A stretch of DNA of 25,376 nt from a virus (lineage: Duplodnaviria > Caudoviricetes): the IMG/VR virus record IMGVR_UViG_3300005805_000443, positions 1 to 25,376 of that record. The stretch is one strand, 5' to 3'. The position numbers and the translations under genes are program-made. The notes beneath the pieces are model-generated. The model saw only the letters and a program-made list of their open reading frames with translations, was not told the origin of the DNA and made no database searches. This document shows, in pieces, positions 1-8,800 of the stretch. Numbering within the stretch: position 1 is the first letter of the stretch; every line of letters begins with the position of its first letter.

Positions 1-1
1 T

Positions 2-118
2 TCTAAACCAGACACCATATTTGAAGTATATTCATCTCATCCTATGCTGGATATATTTGGAAATGTGCAGTATTATGAAAATCATTTAAGAAGAACTACG
101 GTACAAAGCAATGATTAA
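2..118 (+). CDS. Partial CDS (3' end), probable head-to-tail stopper / head-closure protein
   Basis: Open frame from the window edge: SKPDTIFEVYSSHPMLDIFGNVQYYENHLRRTTVQSND*, stop TAA 116-118 overlapping the next ATG at 111. Not in the ORF track. Product inferred from position before the neck/terminator genes and beta-strand pattern. Confidence 0.55.
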   Translation, partial: SKPDTIFEVYSSHPMLDIFGNVQYYENHLRRTTVQSND

Positions 119-839
119 TATTAAAGTTACTGAGTCATCTAAAAATGAACTATATACAGAAATACAAAATAAAATAAGTGGTATAGATCAATTATTAAAT
201 TCTGAAACAAAAAATGATCTAATGAGTGCTGCTTACTCCATAGCAGCACTTAAGTTTGTAAAACAAACTAATCTACTTGCTAGATCTGCTAAAAAATCAT
301 TTCATCATGTTTATGAATGGAATCAGTCTGGCAAGGAAAGTGGAAGATTGTTTAGAATAATAAAAAGACAGCAAAACTCTGGATCAGCATCTATTTATTA
401 CAAATTTAATAACTCAAAAGTAAAAAGTCCAATATCACCAACATTGCAAAAGCCAGGTAAAAGCGGTAAAACTGTAAAAAAGAGTGGTGTCTTTAAAAGA
501 AAGGCAGAAGTAATGGAGTCTAATTCTTCCGTTTCTTTTACAACTTCTAGATATATTGCATTCAGTCCAAAACGCGGAAGCATAGTATTCATTCCTCCTG
601 GTAAAACAATAAACATTATGAATCCTGGTGGAACTGCTGTTAATGGTTCATTTAGAAAACACTTTAACTCATGGTGGAGATTAAATTTCCCTACTATATT
701 AGAAACAGAAAATATACCAAATTCATTAGAAGTAAATGTATCAAGGTCTCTTAATGTTCGCGGCGCGGGATCTATCCAGGCAAGAAGTGCTATTAAGTCA
801 GTACTATCACCATACCTAGTAGTTGGAAGTGTAATATGA
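111..839 (+). CDS. Basic virion neck / tail-completion protein (putative), 242 aa
   Basis: Lys/Arg-rich ORF overlapping both neighbours, between head-closure and tail-terminator positions. CDS is solid; function is from synteny only. Confidence 0.5.
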   Translation: MINIKVTESSKNELYTEIQNKISGIDQLLNSETKNDLMSAAYSIAALKFVKQTNLLARSAKKSFHHVYEWNQSGKESGRLFRIIKRQQNSGSASIYYKFNNSKVKSPISPTLQKPGKSGKTVKKSGVFKRKAEVMESNSSVSFTTSRYIAFSPKRGSIVFIPPGKTINIMNPGGTAVNGSFRKHFNSWWRLNFPTILETENIPNSLEVNVSRSLNVRGAGSIQARSAIKSVLSPYLVVGSVI

Positions 840-1345
840 CAATATATAAAGAAAATGCTAGGTCAATAATAAACTCCTTCCTCTGGGAAGAAATAAAAGA
901 GTCAGGAGTTTTAGATGAAAATGATTATAGGCCAGACAATTTTACAAAAACTTTAATTCCTATAATACCCGCACAAGAAATTCCAGAGTTTAATAATCTT
1001 TTACCTGATCAAACATATATAATTTATGATTACGAAATAAATGATTATATGGATAAATGGTGGATATGTGAAGAGTACATTACTTATTCTATAGTTGGAA
1101 CTAAGTTCGGCAAAGTCATGGAAATTATTGAATTGATGGTAGATTTATTTAGAAGAAAAGACCTTTCTGGTAAAGATTTACAATCATTCAATACTAATCA
1201 AAATAAAATTAAATTCTACTCAGCGTGCCTAGATTCTGTTACTAGCCCCACTCCAGCGGAGTTTGAGGGCGGCAGAATAATAGGAGTTGTACAAATAACA
1301 TATAAATACTCCAGAGAGGTTAATTCCAACGGAAGGTTTATATAA
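836..1345 (+). CDS. Tail terminator / tail-completion protein, 169 aa
   Basis: ATGA overlap with the upstream gene; immediately upstream of the major tail protein; acidic; YIIYDY strand followed by helix and terminal strand (VQITYKY), typical of tail terminators. Confidence 0.65.
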   Translation: MTIYKENARSIINSFLWEEIKESGVLDENDYRPDNFTKTLIPIIPAQEIPEFNNLLPDQTYIIYDYEINDYMDKWWICEEYITYSIVGTKFGKVMEIIELMVDLFRRKDLSGKDLQSFNTNQNKIKFYSACLDSVTSPTPAEFEGGRIIGVVQITYKYSREVNSNGRFI

Positions 1346-1346
1346 T

Positions 1347-1374
1347 TTGCTTTCGACTAGAAGGATGTTATTAT
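1347..1374 (+). promoter_or_regulatory. Sigma70-like promoter for the major tail protein gene
   Basis: TTGCTT (1347-1352), 16-nt spacer, extended -10 TG-T-TATTAT (1366-1374). Confidence 0.55.
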
Positions 1375-1396
1375 ATAAAAGAGGAATGATCAATCT

Positions 1397-1418
1397 GGAT
1401 ATTAACAAATTAATATCC
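1397..1418 (+). repeat. Perfect 9-bp inverted repeat in the major tail protein leader
   Basis: GGATATTAA-caaa-TTAATATCC, ending just before the SD-like AGGTAGGTG (1422-1430). Confidence 0.8.
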
Positions 1419-1439
1419 GAAAGGTAGGTGAAAATTTAA

Positions 1440-2150
1440 ATGGCTGGATCTATTTCCAATATTCTCGTAGGCGCTGCTCAGATCTTCTTGAGCAAGAATG
1501 ACAGCACAGACGTTGCAGGCTACCCAAAGGCTATGCCAACATTCGGTAACAAGAAGGCATCAGCATATTTGTTAAACGATGCATCAGCAGACTGGAGAGA
1601 TGTTGGCTTCACATCAGAAGGACTTGAGGTTTCTTACGAACCACAGTACGGTGAGGTTGAAGTTGACCAACTCCTTGACTCTGCCCGTATCTTCAAGACA
1701 CAGTTGAGAGTTATGCTTCGTACTTCCTTCAATGAAGGAACATTCGAGAATATCAACACAGCATTTGGACAAAAGGATGCTGCTGTAACAACAGCAGTTG
1801 TTACAGGAGAAAATGCTGGTGCTGCTGTAACAACAGCAGTTGCATCATACACAGCAACTCCAACAGGATCAGGAGCAGCAAGAGTTATGAACCTTGAGGG
1901 AGGTTCACTTGGTGAAGCCCCTGTAGAAAGAGGACTCGTTGCTATTGGTGCCGCTCCAACATCCTTGTCAGCAGACAAGTCTGAAAGAGTTTATCTCGCT
2001 CGTCGTGTACTTTCAATGGAGACCGTTTCACACGCTCTCCGCAGAAATGAGTCAACTGTCTACCCTGTTACATTCCGTTGCCTCCCAGACCCAGAGTTCC
2101 CAACCGCTGAATACGGTGAGGTTCTTGATCGCGTTTGGTCAACACAGTAA
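1440..2150 (+). CDS. Major tail (tube) protein, 236 aa
   Basis: Tail-tube-like motifs NILVGAAQIF, WRDVGFTSEGLEVSYEP, VEVDQLLD, YPVTFRCLPD; directly upstream of chaperone and TMP; strong SD; followed by a terminator. Confidence 0.9.
   Translation: MAGSISNILVGAAQIFLSKNDSTDVAGYPKAMPTFGNKKASAYLLNDASADWRDVGFTSEGLEVSYEPQYGEVEVDQLLDSARIFKTQLRVMLRTSFNEGTFENINTAFGQKDAAVTTAVVTGENAGAAVTTAVASYTATPTGSGAARVMNLEGGSLGEAPVERGLVAIGAAPTSLSADKSERVYLARRVLSMETVSHALRRNESTVYPVTFRCLPDPEFPTAEYGEVLDRVWSTQ
1778..1842 (+). repeat. 23-nt perfect direct repeat (2 copies, 42-nt period) inside the major tail gene
   Basis: TGCTGCTGTAACAACAGCAGTTG at 1778-1800 and 1820-1842, encoding AAVTTAV twice. Confidence 0.9.
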
Positions 2151-2174
2151 TTAAATTTATAACTTAATAAGTAG

Positions 2175-2219
2175 TAAAGGTGCGGCCCCGCAAATGCGGG
2201 GCCAATCCTTTATGTTTTT
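2175..2219 (+). terminator. Rho-independent terminator after the major tail gene
   Basis: GGCCCCGC-aaat-GCGGGGCC (2184-2203), outer pairing TAAAGG/CCTTTA, followed by TTTATGTTTTT. Confidence 0.85.
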
Positions 2220-2230
2220 AATAGCCACTT

Positions 2231-2239
2231 TGATATAAT
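2231..2239 (+). promoter_or_regulatory. Extended -10 promoter for chaperone/TMP transcript
   Basis: TGATATAAT right after the terminator, followed by SD AGGAGG and TTG start at 2263. Confidence 0.7.
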
Positions 2240-2262
2240 TATATTGCTACTTAGGAGGAAAA

Positions 2263-2598
2263 TTGGCAACTACAATTTATGATACTGCTGAATTAGAATT
2301 GGAAAATGGAGACAAGATTACTGTCAAGCCTTTACCAATTAAGCAGTTAAAAAAGTTTATGAAGGTAATTAGAGAATTAGATTCAGAAGAAGTTAAAAGT
2401 GAAGAAGATGCCATGGATATATTTATTCAGGCATCAATGATTTGTTTAGAAAAGACAAGGCCAGACCTTTCAGAAGACAAGGACGCATTTGAGGAAAGTA
2501 TTAACATTCCTACCATGATGAAGATTCTTGAAATCTGTGGAGGGTTAAAGATGAATGACCCAAATCTCCTAGGGGCGGCTCTAGTTGGGACGACCTAG
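2263..2598 (+). CDS. Tail assembly chaperone (lambda gpG analogue), 111 aa
   Basis: Between major tail protein and TMP; TTG start with AGGAGG SD; acidic/helical; contains a slippery heptamer near its 3' end. Confidence 0.85.
   Translation: MATTIYDTAELELENGDKITVKPLPIKQLKKFMKVIRELDSEEVKSEEDAMDIFIQASMICLEKTRPDLSEDKDAFEESINIPTMMKILEICGGLKMNDPNLLGAALVGTT
2559..2565 (+). promoter_or_regulatory. -1 programmed ribosomal frameshift site C-CCA-AAT
   Basis: X-XXY-YYZ heptamer correctly phased in the chaperone frame (GAC CCA AAT); the -1 frame opens immediately after TGA 2556-2558 and stays open to 2882. Confidence 0.8.
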
Positions 2599-2882
2599 AC
2601 CTAGCCTCTTTAGAATCGGAGGTTTTCCTTTTGGGAAACTGGAAAAACTATGAAGAACTAGAAGATCAACTATCGGTAGATGAGTTATTAGCAACTCTAA
2701 ATGCTCATAGAAAACTTAGATATGAAGATCAAAAGTTCTTTGCCATGATCCAGGGCATTGATATTTCTGACAATGATAGCAAGTCAGATATTACAGACCT
2801 TAAGGGTGCCAACGCAGTACAACAAGGATTTGGTGTCGGAGTTGGACTTGGCCATTCTGTCATGGAGGTTATTGACTCTTGA
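2559..2882 (+). CDS. Frameshift extension of the tail assembly chaperone (gpT analogue); fusion 2263-2565 + 2565-2882, about 206 aa
   Basis: -1 frame reads SPRGGSSWDDLDLASLESEVFLLGNWKNYEELEDQLS...; the ORF-track call 2631..2882 is its 3' portion. Stop overlaps the TMP TTG. Confidence 0.8.
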   Translation, partial: PKSPRGGSSWDDLDLASLESEVFLLGNWKNYEELEDQLSVDELLATLNAHRKLRYEDQKFFAMIQGIDISDNDSKSDITDLKGANAVQQGFGVGVGLGHSVMEVIDS

Positions 2883-5800
2883 GTCGTATAGAACTTAATA
2901 TAGTCGCTACTGGCAACTTTAGAAATGTTGAAACTTCAGTTGCTAGATTAAGATCTCAAATAGATTCTCTTAATGCCTCTATGATGGCGGTCGGGTTTAA
3001 TACTGGAATAAGCAAGTCAGTCTCCCTATTCCAAGATCAGTTCAATAGTGCCATAGATAGCAGCGGCATGTTTGAGCGTCACATGGTTAATCTAACCACA
3101 GAAACAACCAGATTTGGCAGAAGCCTTGAATCTGGAAGCATGAGATTGGGTCAATTATTTAGAGCGGCTACTGAATATCGTCGTGGAGAATTAGGACAGA
3201 TAAGACAACTTGCTAGAGAGCAAATTAGACTTGCTAATTCTACAACTATGAGAATGGCTGACGGAACAACACAAGTAATTGTTCCTAGAGGTATCGATGA
3301 AGGACTTGAAAAACAAAGAATTCTTAATCAAGAATATAGAATTTTTAGACAAGTTGTTTCCAATGGTTCTACTGAAATTATTAACTGGGGTAAGAATACT
3401 CAATGGGCTGGTAGGCAGTTAACTGTAGGTCTAACCGTACCATTAACAATTTTCGGCGCAGCCGCTGGAAAAATGTTTATGGATGCAGATAAACAATTAA
3501 CTAGACTTACCAAGGTATATGGTGATGCCACAAAGGGTATGGTAAATGCTGATGAATTGGCTAAAATTAGAAGTGAAACTCTAGCATTATCTCAAGAAAT
3601 TGCTAGTAGCATGGGCGTGGCAGTTGAAGAAACATTAGGAATTGCTGCAGATATTGCGGCTACTGGCGCACAGGGCAACGACTTACTTGCTGCAACTAGT
3701 GAAGCAATGAGACTATCCGTTCTAGGTGAAGTTGATAGGCAAGAGGCTATGAAGGCCACCCTCTCAATTCAAAGCGTATTTAAAAAAGATACAGAGGGAT
3801 TAACTCAATCTATTAACCTTCTTAACGCCGTAGAAAATCAAACTTCAGCAACAATTAATGACTTAGTAACTGGAATTGTGAAGGCTGGACCAGTCGTAAA
3901 GGGACTTGGCGGAGATGTTGACGACCTTGCAGCAATGATGGTTGCTATGCGTGAGGGCGGTGTATCTGCATCTGAGGCTGCCAACGCTATTAAATCATCC
4001 CTAGCGTCCTTGATTAATCCTACAAAACAAACAACTGATGTTTTATCTGGATTCGGAATAAATATTAAAGATATCGTAGATAAGAATGCTGGTGACGTTA
4101 TTGGGACTTTAATGGATCTTCAATCAGCACTTTCTGGACTAGATGATTTAAGTAGACAAAGAGCAATTGAACAAGTATTCGGTAAATTCCAATTTTCAAG
4201 AATCAATGCTCTATTAGCGAATCTTGGCAAGGCGGGTAGTCAGACACAACAAGTATTTGCAATTGCTGGTATGAGTATAGAAGAATTGGCAAAAAATGCT
4301 GATGCAGAATTAAAAGCAGTAACAGAGTCAGTAACAGGTAGATTCCAAAGATCCTTTGAATCCTTAAAAGCAAGTCTTATTCCAATAGGAGAGACATTTG
4401 TAACTGTTGGAACTATGCTACTCAATGTAGGTAATAAAGTATTAGAAATATTCAATGCTATACCAGAACCAATAAAAAATATAGTTAAGGGATTATTGGG
4501 TGCTACAGCAGTAATTGGCCCCCTAATTATGATAACTGGTGTTCTGGGCAACTTCTTTGGCTATTTAGTTAAGGGTATATCTACAATATTAGCCTTTAAG
4601 AAAGAAGGCAGGGGCGCTTTCGAATTACTGACAGTAGATTCCATTGCTGCTAGAGATGCTACTGAATTGCTTTCAGAAAGTCTTTATGATCAAAGCACCG
4701 CTATGAATACCATGGCCCAGGCAGTAGATACATTAGTTAAAAAACTACAAGAACTTGTTAGTCAGTTAAATAATGCTAAGGGTGCTTCTAGTGGATTAGA
4801 TGAGGCTGCACAAGGAGTAATGGCAAATGCTGAAGCAGCAGCCATTGTAAGAATGGGTCCAGCAACTCCATATACTACCCCAGCCGTTCCTTGGGCCAAG
4901 GAAAAGGGAAGGCAAAGATACACAGGTAGAGAAGAAGTTGGAGTGACCTATTCACACCTTACCCCAGAGTCTATGCTTGGTGCTAGTAAAGAAGAAATTA
5001 AAAGATTACAAGATTTGCTAGACGCAGGCAGTATTTCACAAAGAGAGTTTGATATTAAATCAACTTCAGGACGAGGACTTATGGGCATAGGAACATTCGT
5101 AGATCAAGCCGCGTCTGATGTTCAGAAAGACTTAAAGAATTTCTATGCAGATATTGTTGGTTTAAGAGAGCAAGCATTAACTCCAGAAGTTAGAAGGCAG
5201 GCCTTAGAGAATTTATCAAGGTCTCAACATGGAACTGGCCCCGCGCTAGAAGCATCTCTTGCACAAATTAGAGCGTTATCAGATGAGCAGTTAGCACAAT
5301 TACTACCTTCATGGGAAAAAATTACAGCACAGTCTGCAGAATACTTTGCTATACTTTCAGTTTCAGCAGAAAAAATACAGGCTGGGAATAAAGAAGTCGC
5401 TGCAGCATTTAAAAAGTATTCGTTAGATATAGAATCTGGTAGAGATCCATTAGCATCATTAGAAGAATTAAGATCTGCAGTAAATGGTGCTGAAGGTGCC
5501 GTAGATGCAAAAGTCCTAGAAATTACACAAGAATTTAGTAAAATTGAGCAGGAACTTGCTTCTATGCCAGCAGGACCACAGAGAGCCACACGAACAGCAG
5601 AATTAATTAAAGAAAGAATAGTAAATCCATATGAGATAGGATCTATCATTGACTTAAAGAAGTCTGGTGTAGCAGGAATGGGCGAGGGCGGATTAAGGAA
5701 CCCACTTGTTCAGGCTATTCAAATGTATACAGATCAAATATTTAATGATACTGAGTCAAGTAGACAGGTGGCCGCTGCCTTAGCATCAGGAAATAAAGAA

Positions 5801-8800
5801 CTTATAGAATCTACGTTACGTCTGGCCCAGGCCAGACAAAAAGAAGCACAGGCGGCGGAAGAAAAAATAGCAGCAGAGGAACAGTACCAACTTGCTGCAA
5901 AGAATCAAGCAGATGCACAAGCGGCATATGCTAAAGCACAGAGAGAAAGCGCACAAGCGTTATTAAGATATGGACCAAATAGTCCTCAATTTAAGGCCGC
6001 ACAGCAAGCAGAATATCAGGCTCAACAAAAATTAATTCAGTCAGATGTTCAATTAGTAGCAGCGGCGGAAAAGAAAAAAGCGGCTATTGTTCAAAGCAAT
6101 AGAGCAAGTAGGGAATTATCTGAAGAAGAAATACAACTTGCAGCATTAAGAGAAAAGCAATCATTAGAAGTTATAGAAAATACTGTTTCTACTCAAAGAA
6201 ATACTGACTCTACAAATAAAGGAACTCTCGCAAGAGAGGGTCAAAGTGGCGCAATAGTAGGTAATACAGGATCAACAGGTAAAAATTCTGGGAGTATATT
6301 CGGTGGAGGTAGACTAGGAGGAGCATTAAGCCTTGCTAGCATGGCTGCATTATTTTTACCTCGTCCTGGAGAAGATACTGGTGCAGGACAAGCAGTAAAT
6401 GCTGGTCTTAACATAGCAAATTTTGCTGGCATGGGCGCGATGTTTGGTGGACCAGGAATTGCAATAGGTGCGGGTATTGGAGCGGCCATTGAAGGAATAT
6501 CTTTCCTGGGTAGAAAAGCAGAAGAAACAGCATTACAGGTTGAAAAATATAGAGCATCCTCAGAAGCATTGAGAACTGGTCTTACTGAACTAGAAAGATC
6601 CTTCTTTGATGTAAAGCCATTACAAGAATTAAAAGATTTACCTCTAGGTGCTTTTAATTTAAGAACTCAAGAGGCCACAGATAGGTTAAGAGAATTTGCA
6701 AGAGCAGTAGCAGAAGCGGAGCCTGGATCAACAGAAGCGGGTAGAAGAGATGCTATTGCTGCCATGTCTTCTGGAGAAGAATTTATTAATTCTCCAATGT
6801 TTAGCAAAATGGTTTCAGAAGCCCTTCTAGGTGGAATGGGAATAGAAGATATAAAAACTATGATAGGCGGATATTTAAAGGCCGCTGGTAAAGAAAATTT
6901 TGCTGCAGAGGCTAATTTTGAATTAAATAGAATAGGGAAATTAGGAACTAAGCCAGAAGAAATTGGTGCAAAATATTTAGCAGAGTTACAAACTATAGCA
7001 GATAGGGTTATATCTAGTGCTGGATATTCTGCTGGCGAGGGGGTAAAATTAAGAAAAATACAACAAGGATACGAAAAAGAAAGGGCTGGAAGATCAGTAA
7101 CTATTACTAATGAATCTGGTCAAGATGTTAATGCAAATGTATCTGATATTGCTAATTTCTTAAAGACTACTGCAGAAAAAAATAATTCAACTTTACAAGA
7201 ATATATAGATTATTTAACTGCTGAACCAGGACAAGCCATCGCAGCACCCCCTGGAATAGAAGAAGTATTTTCTAATATGAAAATAGATGGCGAAACAATG
7301 CAGCAGAACGAGGCGGCCTTTGACTTTATTATATCTTCTGCAGAAGAATTAATAGCGTTATCTCCAGATTTAAACGGAATATCAAATGTCATGGGTGCTA
7401 TAGGAAATGAATCTCAATTAATGGTACAGGGATTATTCTCATCCCTAGCGGCAGGCCCACAAGCATTTGACGAATTTATAAATTCATTAGGCGCTACGGC
7501 AAATACATTACAAAATAATACAGGATTAATGGATGAAGTAGGTATTCAACTTTCTGAAATGTCTGCGGACGCTGGAAGAGCGTTTGACATGATGATGAAG
7601 GGCGGAGTAGATTTACAGGATGCATTAAGAATTGTTTCTATGGTTATTGCTGATGTAAATACAGATTGGGCAGCGCTCGCTGATATGGCTAAAGCAAACC
7701 CCGCAGATTTTTATGCTAACGTGTGGATGTCATTTGTACAAGGAAGTCCTGTAGGAGCAACACCTACTGCCCAGGGTGCAACGAATCCAGAAGATGTAAT
7801 TCAATCAGCATTAGGAGCCATTGATTATTCAGGCAGCGGTGGCGGAGGATCTGGAGGATCTGGATCAGACTACTACGATAAACTTATTGAAGCACAAGAT
7901 AAGATAATTGAAGGTATTCAAAAGGAACGCGAGGAGCGTCAAAAACTACTTGAACTACAAGAAAAGCAAGTAGATTTTGCACTACGCAGACAAGACTTAG
8001 AAAATCAAATAGCCAGAGCAACAGCAGAAGGCAATTTTGCGGAAGCCGCACTTTTACAGGCACAATTAGACGCAGAAAAAGAAAAATATCAAGCAGAAGA
8101 GATTGAAAGAAGAAGGCAGGAAAGAGAAGATAAGAAAATTGCTGCCGCTGAAAAAGAAAAAGAAAGACTTCAAAAACTTCAAGATGCTTCTTCTGGAGGC
8201 GGTGGCGGAGGTGGATCTGCTGGTCCTTCCGCCGCACAACAACAATGGACTGCCAATAGAGTAGAACTTCTAACTAGTGGAGTTGTCAATTGGACAGAGG
8301 GTGCGGAACTAAGAGTAAGAACTTCACAAATGGGACCATGGTCAGCCTTCTTTGATAGCGAAAAGGTAAAGTCTTATCGACAGGAACTAGAAAAGTTAAA
8401 CATACCCGCAGAAAATATAGATCAAATATTAAATGAATTATATGATTCATGGATAGACAACAACAACCAATTATTTGCTCAAACTGACGATTATAAGTTT
8501 ATAGAAGATTCATTAAAGGGTATGGGTGTAGCAGGAGAAGATCTAAAAGAAGTAATGCCAGACGTTTTTGGTGCGCTTCTAGATAAAACACTTAATCCTG
8601 AAGAAAAAATTCAATTAATTTCAGATTCTTTATATGATCTAGGATATGAAACTGATGAAGCATATACAAAAGCAAAAAAACTATATAAACAATACGGTGA
8701 AGATTTTGACGGCAAGGGAATAGATGAAGAAATTGCTAAGTGGATTGAGTGGAATGATATTATTAGTAGGGCTGAAAAAAGACTAGAAAAAATAAATGAG

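Noticed and set aside
1939-2154. Overlapping 71-aa ORF as a frameshifted C-terminal extension of the major tail protein
   Set aside because: It stops 4 nt after the tail gene stop and a terminator follows, so no extra domain could be added.
2631-2882. Independent 83-aa gene starting at TTG 2631
   Set aside because: Better explained as the -1 frameshift extension because protein-like sequence continues upstream to the slippery site. A GGAGG at about 2618-2622 means independent initiation cannot be fully excluded.
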